From: Octopus bimaculoides
Lineage: Eukaryota
NCBI RefSeq assembly: GCF_001194135.2
Contig: NC_068993.1
Coordinates: 26,285,259-26,349,258 of the forward strand
DNA length: 64,000 bases
Direction of reading: 5' to 3'
Below the pieces are notes generated by a model, which saw only the letters and a list, made by a program, of their open reading frames with translations, ran no database searches and had not been told where the DNA came from. This document shows, in pieces, positions 27,130 through 41,276 of this stretch. Every line of letters begins with the position of its first letter. The stretch's first letter is position 1. Both the position numbers and the translations under genes were made by a program.

Positions 27130-27380
27130 CAATAAGAGCGGATTGTATAATGCATATGTTCAAACTGCGATGTTGCATGGTAGTGAGATGGAGGTCTTAA
27201 ATGCTGAAGAAGTGAGAAATGCAAAAACAAATGAGGCAAGCATGTTTTAATGGATATGTAATGTTAGTATGCTGGAACACCAATGTGCAAATAAGCTGAG
27301 AGAAAAACTTGGTATAAGAGGAGTCAATTGTAGTGAGTAGGAGAGAAGGCTGCACTGGCTGGGAACGTGATGCATATGGG
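27130..27380 (+). mobile_element. RTE-type LINE ORF2 C-terminal fragment
   Basis: GLYNAYVQTAMLHGSE...NEASMF*WICNVS...LREKLGIRGV....ERRLHWLG matches the RTE 'LY..CV...MLYGSETW...MLRW...RRLRW.GHV' pattern. Confidence 0.75.
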
Positions 27381-27849
27381 TGAGGGCAGAATCTGTTGAG
27401 GCAGATTTTCTATGGCCAGACACCCTCCTGTTGTCAACCCTTACCTACTTCCAATCACTGAGCCCAGACATGTTTCTACAGAATATTGGAGATAAATGAA
27501 ATTCATTTACAATTACAGAATGCCAAGGCAAGCCAACAAACAAACACACACACACACACACATACATGTGTGTGTATGTATCTATACATATATGTAAGGG
27601 TTTTTATTTTCAATTTCTACCAAATCCAGTTGCAAAGCTTTGGTCGGCCAGGACTGCAATAAAACCCACTTGTCCAAGGTGCCACAATGGAACTGAGCCA
27701 AGTCTGAGCCTTTAGCCATGCCTGCACCTATAGCCTCCTCATCCTCATCCTCTTCCTCCTCTTCCTCCTCCTCCTCACCACCACCACCACTGCCGCCACC
27801 ACTTCCACCATCGCCGCCGCTGCCGCCACCACCACCACTACCACCACCA

Positions 27850-28000
27850 CTGATACTTATTTTATCAGCTCTGAAAGAGTGAAACGTAATGTTGTCCTCA
27901 GCAGAATTTGAACTCAGAACATAAAAAAAGTGGATGAAATAGCACTAAGCATTTTGCCCAGTGTGCTAACGATTCTGCCAGCTCACTGCCTTCGAGCAAC
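27850..28000 (-). mobile_element. SINE family B
   Basis: GATACTTATTTTATCAG...GCAGAATTTGAACTCAGAAC...CTAAGCATTTTGCCCAGTGTGCTAACGATTCTGCCAGCTCACTGCCTT. Confidence 0.75.
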
Positions 28001-28839
28001 AAAATATTAATAATAATGATGATAAAGCAGACAGGGGAGGAAACAGAGATGATGTGAGAGGGGGGAGATGACATGTGGTTAAGCAGGTTATAAGAGTTTG
28101 GGGCAGAAGTAGTCAATGGGGAAGGGGTAAATGTAAGATGATGGAAGAGAGATGATTTGGTGACTCTGATGCCCAACTATCCTGCAATGTCAAGACAAGG
28201 GAGCACAAACATACACACATGCACATAATGAGGCTTCTTTCAGTTTCCTCTCTCAAAGCTTTAGTTGACCCTGGACTATAGTAAATGATACTGGCCAAAG
28301 TATCATACATTGAGACTGAACCTGGAACAACATAGTTGAGAAGCAAACATCTCAACCACACAGCCATGCCTGTACCTAATTATATATTTTAATATTACAA
28401 ATATATGCATACACTTTGTATATATATATATGTGTATATATCACAAAACTTCTCTCTTTCGTGTCTAATAACACTTTTCAACCTATGGAATCAAGAATTA
28501 TGATTAAATGTATCCTTAAACCTAATCCATGAACAAAGTTTAACAAGGTTTTCAGTACCATTGTTCTGACAATGAATTGGAAGGATTCCTTGTCATGAAG
28601 ATAACACATGAAAATACATGAAATGAAAGCTAGCACAAAGAGTTCATTTCAGACAGCTGTTGGTGTTTTGGAGATGTGATTGGAAAAAGCTTGAAATAAT
28701 GAAGTCAGGAAAAGAGGACAAAGTACCATTAACATTAGAGCAACAGTCAATCAAAAATATTGATAGGATTTTCTGATGAAACAGTGTAATTTAAAGAGTT
28801 AGCTAAAAACTGGAAGTTTAGGAAGTTAATAGCATTGTT

Positions 28840-29390
28840 ACAGTAATGGTAACAATATATGTAGTTTGCATGTGCAATAAAAACTATGACCTGGTGCACA
28901 TATGCAGTAGTGACAACACAGTGCAAATATGCAGTGGCAAATGCAGTTGTGTACAAATTTGTGTACAGTTGTGTAATAATAGACATGTATATATGTGCAT
29001 AGCAGTTGAAAGATAGTGAACATTGCATACTGAGTAATATCAACTACAATGTGATGTATGTTGTATACAGTGTGATGTTCAAATACATGTGCAATAACAA
29101 GTGCAATTGGGTGTGTGCATGTAACAGCAATTACAATGTGATCCACATTTGCAGCATCAGTTTAAATGTGCTCAACATATCCCATAACAACTACAATGTA
29201 ATGCACATATAGGATAGCAACCTGTGTTATGCATATGCGTAATATTAATTATAATAATGTTTATATATGCTATAGAAAGTATTATATGTTGTTTATATGC
29301 AATAACTATTATGAGGTAATGCATATGGGCAATATTAACTGAAGTCCAGAGTATATGAGCAATAGCAAATACAATGTGAGGCCCAAGTTC
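28840..29390. repeat. Degenerate ~30-bp minisatellite
   Basis: Recurring unit approximating ATGCATATGTGCAATA(A/G)CAACTACAATGTG; produces a 10-residue NYNV periodicity in ORF 29006-29212. Confidence 0.55.
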
Positions 29391-32300
29391 ATTTCAGTGT
29401 GGGTTATACCTTCTCTAACTTTTTTTTTATTATTCTTTATTAATTCTTTATTAATGATCTTCAGATCTTTATGTTTTGAACATCAGAGACTCAAAATTTG
29501 AAAAGAAAAAAAATTTTAATTAAATTTTTTTTTAAACAATATAAAAAAACAAATTTTTTTAGAAGTCAATAAGGAACCTCAATCCATTAATTTCTGAATG
29601 GAATTATATATTGATTGCATGGATAAAGAACACGAATATCTTGTAATAGATGTATTAGTTTTACAAAATAATAAAAGTAAGTGTATTCAGTAATGTGAAC
29701 ATTAAGTATTGTACTGTTTGACTTTAGGAAAATTTTAAAATGCTGTTGTTTCAATTTACTAAGAATGAAAATGTAATTACAAATGCCAGCAAAATTTATT
29801 TATACACTTCAAATGCAGGCAGAATATGTTTGTATATAAAAATAAAGCACAAACTGTAACTGTTATGTTCATATATGCACACATTACAAAAAAAAACTGG
29901 AAAAGATAAAGAAATCCCCTAAACAATTTCTGATTTTCAAAAAATTTCAAGGCAAGTGGGGATAAAAATATCCCACTTTAATGAATAAACACCACATATG
30001 ATGTACATGTGCAATAGCAACTATCATGTAGTAACCATTTATTCCAGTAAATCACTGAGGTGTGGGAGGAGCTTAACTTCTTCCTTGAGTGATGGCTGGA
30101 GGGAATAATTTTGAGTTACCAATACTCTATGGCAAATGATTAAATTCTGTATTGAAATAACTCAACATCATTTCAAGGTACTAATCACACAAAAAAGAAT
30201 GAAAGTTCCTGGATCTGCTAATTGAACATCAGACCTTTGCCATCCTACACCTGTAATAGACTAATGACTGAAAATAAAATAAAACCAAAGCAAACCTAAC
30301 AGTATTTATGGTCAACCTAAGAAAGATCCTCACAATTGAGGTAATGGAAGAATCCTGCTGTAAAATATTCAGACCAGAATAGACACACTTAATCTAAATG
30401 TAATATAGGAGTATGAGCGACAACATGAATGCTTTGAAGTATCAATGTCTCAATGTGTTAGGTGATGGATGAATTTCTCGTGTATTGCATAGTATGATCA
30501 CTCTCATAGAAGATGACTGTATCAGCGTATTAGAATATGAATGCCTCTATGTGATGGTGGATAAATAACTTATGAATGACTGTTTTAATGTGTTAGTGTA
30601 TGAATGCATCGATGTGTTGAAAAGTGAATGACTGCTTCAATGCATTAACAATGAGCTGCGGTTTGAAAAGGACATCCACAAATTTATCCTCCAATGGGTC
30701 GATCTTAAACAGGCAACTCTGGATATAGCCAAAAAGCTGTGGCAATCTTCCTATTATTTTAATGTCAGTGCATAATCTGAAATTATTTTTGATTTAGTAA
30801 TGTCTTGATACTCATCTATACCCTACCTCACCTTAGCTAAGAACCATATTATACAGTTTAACATGCAATGAGGAATTCTATGGGTTATAGTGAGATCGTC
30901 TGAACACACTGCACTCTTGTTACTATCTGTTTTATTCTTGTACACCCATATTTTCTGTACTACTGGCCACAGAAAAGATATGGGAAGTGGATTCAGTCAG
31001 AACATTATAGTTTCTGTTCATCAATGTATATTGTTTGGTATACATCCCATAACAATGTTTGGGGCCAGTGAGCCTATTGACTTGTTAGTATATCTGTGTA
31101 TCATCATCATCATCATCAACATTTAATGTCCATTTTTCATTCTGACATGGGTTGGATGGCTTGACAAGAACTAGCAAAGGGTGCTGCATTAAGTTCCATA
31201 ATCTGTTTTGCTTGGTGTCTACAGCTTGATGCTCTTTCTTATGCCGACAACTGTGTATGTGTTTTTTATATTTGTCTTGGCCAACTGGGGAGACAGCACT
31301 TTTAGGATGTCACTGTATACTGCTCTGAATGTCATATATAATGTTTGAGTGTTTTATGTAAGAGCATTGATGATTGAGTTGAAAAGATATTGAGTAGCCA
31401 TCAAATATCTTGGTGGTACCTAATTTGAGTATTTGGTACCTAGTCTGAGTATTTTCAAGCAGTATTAGGGACTGTAGGGTTTTAATCTTAACATAGTACA
31501 GAAATCATGCCCTTCACATGTCCAGGAGATGCTTCAGTTTTAGTAATGATAATTAATTCTGGAAATAAAGGTGTGAAAATTATAGAATCAGAAGTCTTTC
31601 ACATTATGTCTGAGCTGGACAGATACTGATCCACTGAATGGATATTTCAATTTTGAAAAGGAACCGGAGGGAAAATGTGACAGCATTGATGATTGAGTTG
31701 AAGATATTTTTAGCACCCATCAAGTATCTTGGTGGCATCTAGTCTGTCATTAATATTTGGTTCTATATGTACCATTTATCAAATAACTTAACTCTATCTA
31801 GTTAAGTTTGTCCATCCGTTTGTGTTAGTTGAATACACAGTAAAAAATATTTAATTGAAATTAGATACTGAAATTGATGAAGAATTCATCACCTTGTCAA
31901 AGCTACTGAACTCAGAACACGAGGACACAAAATGCCATTAGCCTGGTGTGCAAACAATTCTGCTAACTGGCCACCTTATTTTCATCGAAATATTATCGAC
32001 CATTCATGCCATATGTCCAGAAAGTGTTGTTATCATCTTTCCTGCATATATGTACCTTTGATACTAACTTGTCTCTTCAACTAATTTTCACTAGATAATG
32101 GTGAACACTACAGAAGAATAGTGTCTCTCGTACACTTAACTCTATGGAAAGCCGATGAATGAACCAGCTACATGGATCTTTAAAGAAAAAAAAACATTCT
32201 TGTATTCCAAAGTAGTTGCAAGGTTAGCATAAGTGTTGGTAACTGCTAACAGAAAAGAGTTTTATATAACAACTAGAGCAATACATCATAAAGACATTTA

Positions 32301-32487
32301 TAGATTATTAACAGAATTTTAAATAATATTCTCAGATCAATATTGAACTGGTAAAGTTTTATCAATTTCTACATTGCTTATTTTTGGTATTTCCACTAAC
32401 ATTTTCATTCACACTATTTGTCTCTTATTCTGATTGACTATCTATATATCTCTCAGTTTGAAAATGATGTATATAATATGATGTGAG

Positions 32488-32489
<2 letters not shown>

Positions 32490-32546
<57 letters not shown>

Positions 32547-32632
32547 AACAGAGACAGAGACAGACAGAAAGACAGAGACAGACAGAAAGACAGAGACAGA
32601 CAGAAAGACAGAGACAGACAGAGTGTATGTAT

Positions 32633-32690
<58 letters not shown>
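32490..32690. repeat. Compound microsatellite (GA)n-(GACA/GAAA)n-(CA)n
   Basis: Seen directly. Confidence 0.9.
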
Positions 32691-32694
<4 letters not shown>

Positions 32695-32881
32695 TTATAT
32701 TAATATCTGTTTTTATACCAAGTTATATATAACAACAATTCAACGTTACACTTCGGTATTGCTCAATACTTTTTAATACAATACACATTTATTTATACTT
32801 TTACAAGGAAAAAACTGTCAGTAACTTTGAAGTTTCAGCTTGTTTGCTTTATATATATAAATATATATGTATGTGTGTGTG

Positions 32882-32912
<31 letters not shown>

Positions 32913-32962
32913 ATGTGTGTATACACACACACATATATGTATATATATATATACATATATAA

Positions 32963-33003
<41 letters not shown>

Positions 33004-33332
33004 GTATGTATATATATATATATATGTATATATATANNNNNNNNNNNNNNNNNNNNNNNNNNNNNNNNNNNNNNNNNNNNNNNNNNNNNNNNNNNNNNNN
33101 NNNNNNNNNNNNNNNNNNNNNNNNNNNNNNNNNNNNNNNNNNNNNNNNNNNNNNNNNNNNNNNNNNNNNNNNNNNNNNNNNNNNNNNNNNNNNNNNNNNN
33201 NNNNNNNNNNNNNNNNNNNNNNNNNNNNNNNNNNNNNNNNNNNNNNNNNNNNNNNNNNNNNNNNNNNNNNNNNNNNNNNNNNNNNNNNNNNNNNNNNNNN
33301 NNNNNNNNNNNNNNNNNNNNNNNNNNNNNNNN

Positions 33333-33381
<49 letters not shown>

Positions 33382-33756
33382 CCAGCTATTGGAAGCTTAT
33401 CTCCCTACCTATCTTAGGTAAGTACCTATCCTCTTAGCTGTCTATCAACTTAGTACTTAAATATTCCTTTATTCTACTGTGCACTTCAGGCCAAAAGCTG
33501 TTGCCATGCTGGGGCACCACCAGTAAAAAGTCAAGTATCTCAGTCTCAATTCTATCCTCTGCTTGTATTTACGTTCATACCCCCTTGTTTACATTTTGTA
33601 TGTCTGTCAATCTGGCTTTTTGGGGGGTGAAGGTATGTGTGTGCATGTGTATCAGAGCAAGGGAGAAAGAGGGAGAGAGGGGGACAAAAAGAGAGAGAGA
33701 GAGTGGGGGAAGAGAAAGAAAGAGAGGGATGTAGACTGGCAGAAATAGATAGAAAG

Positions 33757-33803
<47 letters not shown>

Positions 33804-33861
33804 CATAGACACATACATGTAAATATGGGTGAAGACACAGACACATACACACACACGCACG

Positions 33862-33893
<32 letters not shown>

Positions 33894-34421
33894 CACGCAT
33901 ACTACCACCTCCTTCCCCCAGATGCTGTTAACCCCAAAAATCTGTATTGACACCAAATTCTTTAAAATAAAGCAGAGTGAACGTGGTTTGAAAGTTTTAT
34001 TGATAAATTGGTCAGGTGGTTATCAATTAGAAATATACAACTACACACACACACACGAGTATATAGCTATATACACCCTCGTACTATGCATGTGTGAGTG
34101 CGTAAACACACACATAGATTTATACATCATACTGTCTGGACATAATACATTTTTTTCTATTAATTACATACACAGCCACACACACACACACACACACACG
34201 CACGTACACACACACACACATGCACACACACACTTTATCTCATTCTTTTCCTCTCCTTTCTCTTCCTCATTATCATTGCTGTTTCCTTGCTCTTTTCTTT
34301 TTATCTTTTTTCCCTCTGTTTTAATCTATCTCTTACTCTGAGTTGATTGTGTCTGAATGTATGTATGAATGTGTTTCTGTTTATTTCTATGAGGTGTGTG
34401 TGTGTGCGTGTGCGTGTGTGT

Positions 34422-34453
<32 letters not shown>

Positions 34454-35577
34454 AAGTATATGTGTGTCTGTGTTTGGTGTGTTAGCATGTGTGCATGTGT
34501 ATGTGTTTATGTGTGTGTACAGAAATGTTTAATTTTACATGTACGTGTGTGTGCGCATGTGTGTGTGGGTGTATTGCTATGTATCAATGGAGAGGTGGTA
34601 GAGGAAGGAAAGATTCACAGCAAGGGGAGGGGAAGGAAAGCAGCAAGTTGATGATGTTGTTGTTGAAGTTGATGATGATGATTGTGATGTTTAAGGTGAT
34701 GGCAATGATTTTGATGATAATGATAATAACATTGGTTATGATAATGATGATAATGGTGATAGTAATGGTGATGAAGAAGGGGATGATTATAAGGGTAATA
34801 GTAATGATGATGATGATGATGGGAGGGACCGTGAGGATTATGATGGTGTTGTTGATGGTGGTGGTGGTGGGGAGTGATGATGACAATGATGATGTAATTA
34901 TTGAAAGTGAAATGTTTTGATTGCAAATTAAATTTATATTTGTGGACATTTATCTTCATTCTCACATAATGTATGAAGCCTAAGATTTTTTTTTTTTACA
35001 TTCACACATCTCCTACTTCTACTATGTTGTGCTCCAGACTGACAGAATACAAGAAAATCTCTTCTATATAATTTTTTTGTTTTTATCTGGAAGAAAAGTC
35101 TGTGTTTATGGCTTTCACAGTTCCTTTGTAACTAGTGAGACCGAGCCATGAACAATATTCTTCCGTAGAAGCAAGCTGGTAGCTTTAGGGAAAGGATGTG
35201 CAGGAGTGGACAATTCCAGAAGATCTATGTTCTGAGAAATAAGGGCTGGGATTGGCCTGGTGGGGGAAGTTCCCGAATGGGAAGTGGTACAAGAGTTGCC
35301 AGCTTAGAGGAACAGAGCCTTTGTAGTAGCACTACAAGAGCAGAGAAAGAGAGAGAAAGAGAGAGAGGGGAGGAGAGAGAGAGAGGAGGCAGCATAATTG
35401 TGGGTCAGAGGTAGACATGTAAGTGAAGAAGGAAAAAGTACTCTATACACACTGCGCAAGCAACATGTGTCATCCTATGGCAGCTACAATGGTATTCTTT
35501 CATAGGGTCACTAAATATTTCCTTTTTTACAAGAAATACATTATACATTTTGGTAACGAAACATTTTGCTTTCGTAT

Positions 35578-35743
35578 TCAGGCACTGGTTTGGCTGTGTT
35601 TCAAGAAGTTTGCTTCCCAACCACATGGTTCCAGATTTCAGCCCCACTTCAAGGTACCTGGGATAAGTGTCTTCTACTATAGCTATGGGCTGACTGAAGT
35701 CTTGTGAGTGGATTTGACAGAGGGACACTGAAAGAAGCCCATC

Positions 35744-35802
<59 letters not shown>

Positions 35803-36037
35803 TACGTGTGTGTCTTTGTGGCTATGTTTGTCCCCCACCACCGCTTGACAATTGGTGTTGGTGTGTTTATGTCCCTGTAACTTAGTAGTTCAGCAAAAGA
35901 GACCAACAGAATAAGTAGCAGGCTTTAAAAAATAAGTCCTGGGGTTAATTTGTTCAATAAAAACCCTTCAAGGCGGTGCCCCAGCATGGTAGCAGCCAAG
36001 TGACTGAAACAAGTTAAGAGAAAAAAGAGAAAAAAGA
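35578..36037 (+). mobile_element. SINE family A, full length
   Basis: Head GGCTGTGTTTCAAGAAGTTTGCTTCCCAACCACATGG, core GTGTCTTCTACTATAGC...GTGAGTGGATTTG, internal (TG)n, tail AAGGCGGTGCCCCAGCATGG...GACTGAAACAAG. Confidence 0.8.
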
Positions 36038-36960
36038 TTAATCTGAAGGGGAGTGTGTAAGTAATATAAAGCATTGGTGAACTTCTGGTTAGGTTCACAA
36101 TACAAGTTCAAGTCTTGCTTGTACTATACTCTTTATATGTGTGTTATTCAACCACGAGAGGGATGAGCTCAAGTAGACTAACTTAGCAGTTCACACCTAC
36201 ATGAATGACTCACAATGGTTACACAATGAAATTTTAAGAATTATGGAAAATGGTTTTACTTTCTTTCTAATGGGAAAGAATGTAACTGGTCCTTAACTGA
36301 GATTTTATTGCAAAAATTATATATTCTATTTGTTGCAATGAAACATCAGTCTTTCCCAATCATTGCTGAATAATTCACTGCTTATTTTTGAAGAATGAAA
36401 ACTGTTGTTGTTTTAGTTCAACTTAATCAGTCCAAGTTGTTCCAATCATGACCATCCCATCTTTTTCAGGAGTATCAAAGACTACATCATCTAATGTAGC
36501 CCTTTTCTTTATATGACAGTAGGGTGTAATTTGAGGAAGACTTGGTTGCTATTTCTAGCAGGTTGAATGGCTACATTGAGGCTCCTTGGTTAGACAATTA
36601 GATGTAATCCATAGATTCATTATTCAATTGGTGGATTTGATGCAGTGTAATATGGGGATGTATGTTGGTGATGTGGAGTGGAGGTGTATATTAATGCACA
36701 TTGGCAGTGAACTGATGTGTTGGAGTTGTAGTTTGGTGTAGTGTAATATGGTGGCATATATTGATTTATGTTTGACCAACATTCCAGCCATGACCATCAA
36801 CAAAATAGCTTTTACCTGGTTGTTGTAAGAATGTGATGCTATGCCCAAAAGTGATAACTAATATTCTGTTTGAAGGTTAAGTTACCAGTAGTAGTTGTAT
36901 GGAAGAGAAATTAGGGATTAGATTTGAGAGCATGCATATGATGTGAAAACTGGTATAGTA

Positions 36961-36996
<36 letters not shown>

Positions 36997-38152
36997 TTGA
37001 TGATGATGATTATCGTTATTATTATTACAAACATTTTTCTACTAAAAGGTGTTTTGGGTGTATATTTGTGTATTTGTATGTCTGATAGTACATGGGTGTG
37101 TTGCATGTGTGTGTATTTTTGAGTATGTGTATGTGTGAGTTCTACAGCTTCCATATTCATTAGGTCCTCCTTAATTTTTCCCCCTATTTTCATCCCGTCT
37201 TCTACCTTCAACCTGACAACAAAATGCATCACCCCCTCCCAACACCTCCATAAAACCTCCCACATTCTTCAACACTCCATGACCACCATTGCCACCACTA
37301 CCACCACCGCTATTAATATCATCACTATCACACCAACACCAGCCATTCCCCCCATATGAAGTATTATCACCAGCACTGTGACCACCACCACCACCACCAC
37401 CACCATACCATCATGATCATCCTCATACCATCACAGCCACATCAGCATATATAACCTACCACTTAACCGATCCAGTTTTCTTTGAAGGTAAAAAGAGGTG
37501 ACAGAGTGGTGGCAGTTGTGCTGGCAGTNNNNNNNNNNNNNNNNNNNNNNNNNNNNNNNNNNNNNNNNNNNNNNNNNNNNNNNNNNNNNNNNNNNNNNNN
37601 NNNNNNNNNNNNNNNNNNNNNNNNNNNNNNNNNNNNNNNNNNNNNNNNNNNNNNNNNNNNNNNNNNNNNNNNNNNNNNNNNNNNNNNNNNNNNNNNNNNN
37701 NNNNNNNNNNNNNNNNNNNNNNNNNNNNNNNNNNNNNNNNNNNNNNNNNNNNNNNNNNNNNNNNNNNNNNNNNNNNNNNNNNNNNNNNNNNNNNNNNNNN
37801 NNNNNNNNNNNNNNNNNNNNNNNNNNNNNNNNNNNNNNNNNNNNNNNNNNNNNNNNNNNNNNNNNNNNNNNNNNNNNNNNNNNNNNNNNNNNNNNNNNNN
37901 NNNNNNNNNNNNNNNNNNNNNNNNNNNNNNNNNNNNNNTGATGGTGGTGTTATTGTAAAAGTGCTGTTATTATTGAGTTGATGCTGTTGTTGTGGTATTA
38001 TTGTTGTTATCAATATATGGTTGTTACTGTGCTGTTGTTGTTTTCTCTGTTATTCTGTTCTTAATGTCCTATTGTTTTTGCTGTTGTATTATTATTATTA
38101 TCATCATTATTATTATCATTGTTATTATTTTTATTATTATTATTAGTTATTA

Positions 38153-38205
<53 letters not shown>

Positions 38206-38936
38206 GTTGTTGTTGTTGTTGTTTTTGTTGTCGTTGTTGTTGTTGTTACTGTTACTGCAGTTGTTGTTATATCACTGCTCCAACTATTGCTGTTGTTCTT
38301 CTTGTAATTGCTACTAATGTTGTCTTTGTTATTATTACTGTCATTGTTGTTGTTGTTAATGGTTCTGCTATTATTGTTGTTGTTGTTGTTGTTGTTGTTC
38401 CAGACATTTCCCTCCATAGTAACGGCCAGTATCTGCTCGAGAGGGCAAAGGAAGTCAACAAGCCGAATCGATGCCGTTCATTTCAATAGATCTAAAGAGT
38501 TTTTCTTTCAGCCATTTCTTGCCAGTTCTTGGCACTCATGAATAAATTAATAATTTCTCACAATGTACTGAGCACCTTTCAAAGAAAAGGATTGCTCTCT
38601 TTCTCTCCCTTCTGCCCCAGCCCTCCCTACACCCACTGCACAAATTAGAAGAGAAATGAAACAACAATAACAACAGCAACAACAATAACTAAGAAGTCAA
38701 AAGCATTTCCAGCATATGTATATATGTATATATATATATATTTTTTTTTAGTATTTATAATTCTTAATCTNNNNNNNNNNGATGGCAGTGTGGTGCGGAG
38801 TTGGTGCTGTGATACGGTGAGAGGATACATTAACTCTACTCTCCAACACCACTCCATGTGTTTTACATTTTGATTTCTTTTTCAGTTTTAATTTGATTAA
38901 AATTGATTTAACTCTTTATTGACTTATTGCAGCAGC

Positions 38937-38997
<61 letters not shown>

Positions 38998-40643
38998 ATA
39001 AGGGAAGCAGCAGCAACAACAACAACAACAACAAGAGTAGCAGTAGCAGTAGTTGTTGTTGCTGTTATACAGTTGATGATGATGATGATGGTGGTGTTAT
39101 TGTAAAAGTGCTGTTATTATTGAGTTGATGCTGTTGTTGTGGTATTATTGTTGTTATCAATATATGGTTGTTACTGTGCTGTTGTTGTTTTCTCTGTTAT
39201 TCTGTTCTTAATGTCCTATTGTTTTTGCTGTTGTATTATTATTATTATCATCATTATTATTATCATTGTTATTATTTTTATTATTATTATTAGTTATTAT
39301 CATTATTATTATTATTATTATTANNNNNNNNNNNNNNNNNNNNNNNNNNNNNNNNNNNNNNNNNNNNNNNNNNNNNNNNNNNNNNNNNNNNNNNNNNNNN
39401 NNNNNNNNNNNNNNNNNNNNNNNNNNNNNNNNNNNNNNNNNNNNNNNNNNNNNNNNNNNNNNNNNNNNNNNNNNNNNNNNNNNNNNNNNNNNNNNNNNNN
39501 NNNNNNNNNNNNNNNNNNNNNNNNNNNNNNNNNNNNNNNNNNNNNNNNNNNNNNNNNNNNNNNNNNNNNNNNNNNNNNNNNNNNNNNNNNNNNNNNNNNN
39601 NNNNNNNNNNNNNNNNNNNNNNNNNNNNNNNNNNNNNNNNNNNNNNNNNNNNNNNNNNNNNNNNNNNNNNNNNNNNNNNNNNNNNNNNNNNNNNNNNNNN
39701 NNNNNNNNNNNNNNNNNNNNNNNNNNNNNNNNNNNNNNNNNNNNNNNNNNNNNNNNNNNNNNNNNNNNNNNNNNNNNNNNNNNNNNNNNNNNNNNNNNNN
39801 NNNNNNNNNNNNNNNNNNNNNNNNNNNNNNNNNNNNTGTATATATATATATATTTTTTTTTAGTATTTATAATTCTTAATCTTCCTGCTTTTTTTTTTTT
39901 TTTTCTACTGGGGTCTGAAGGTTTCATCTTTTTTTATTCATTTGACAAAAATGAGACTGACCTCCTTCAGTTCCTCTCCCCCACCACACTCCATTTCATT
40001 ATCCATGACTAGTCAAAAATATGTTCGGTCAACTTTGGTTCTGGTTAAAAATCATTAAATTCTGCTCCGTTTAACCTTCAAAATGCCAAGTTTTAATATT
40101 TTGGAATTTGTTTTTAAAATTCTATTTTTTTAATCTGCATATTAAAAGTTATTTGTTGTTGTTTTTATAGTTTTATTAGTTGTTGTTGTTAGTTGTGTAA
40201 GTTTATAGGGTATTTATATAGTTATTATTGGGGGTGGGGGTTCCTCTCTCAAATGGTAATTTAGAGCAAGTTGATGTATTTCAAATTATTTAAGAATGCA
40301 TACAAAATTTTGCGATGCATTGATAGCTGCACCTTGGTATAATGCACTGAAAATAGGCAAGAGTAGTTGTAAATTAAGATTCATTGATGATATTGTTGCA
40401 ACTTCATAGAAGTATGTTTTTATAAATTTGTTGAGGTTAAATGAATATGCTTTTAGTAAATTCTAATGGATCCATGTACTTTAGCATTTTTAGGTCGGTT
40501 TTGAAAGTAATTTATGTATATGAGTGTTTCAATGTGTTCAGTTCATGGCTATACATGTAGATTCTTATGAATATGCATGTATGTGTGTGATGTGTGTATC
40601 TACATATGTATATATGTAATAGGTGTGTGTGTGCATACACATG

Positions 40644-40694
<51 letters not shown>

Positions 40695-40704
40695 NNNNNN
40701 NNNN

Positions 40705-41276
40705 ATATATATTGCAAGCAAGGGAGTTAACCCCTACCATCTTCTAGTGATGTAACAGGACCACAAGACCATCCAATGTTGGACTATTTTTGCCCATCCT
40801 CAGTAGTTGACACCCATCTGCTAGAGATAGCAGTAGTTTGTTCCAGCTTACAAAATATAGAAAAATAAGTGACAACCAGTAATTGATCTTGCAACAAGCA
40901 AAGTAGCTAGTTATAAAGTCTCTATAAGAGATAAAAGTAGTAACTATACTGAGAAGTGTAGTAGTAAACGGTAGTAACATTAGTTTGTATGAAACAGCCA
41001 TATTGAAGTGGCAACAAACATTACTTTTCAGTATAGTTACTACTTTCATCTCTTATAGAGATTTTTTAACTAGCTACTTTGCTTGTTGTAAGATCAGTAA
41101 CTGATTGTCACTTATTTTTCTATATTTTGCAAGCTGGAACAAACTACTGCTATCTCTAGCAGATGGATGTCAACCACTGAGGATGGGCAAAAATAGTCCA
41201 ACACTGGAAGGTCTTGGCGGTCCAGTTATGTCACTAGAAGATGGTAGGGGTTCCCTCCCTTGCTTGCAATATATAT
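40705..41276. repeat. Fold-back element: ~253-bp inverted arms with a 65-bp spacer, TA-rich ends
   Basis: Arm 40705-40957 is the reverse complement of 41023-41276, with about 20 differences by manual alignment. Each arm contains CTGAGGA-T-GGGC-AAAAATA-GTCC. Confidence 0.9.

Noticed and set aside
37939-39880. Apparent ~1.1-kb tandem duplication (37939-38170 repeated at 39078-39323; 38728-38770 repeated at 39838-39880)
   Set aside because: The copies look identical and are bounded by N gaps and microsatellites; most likely an assembly or haplotype artefact.
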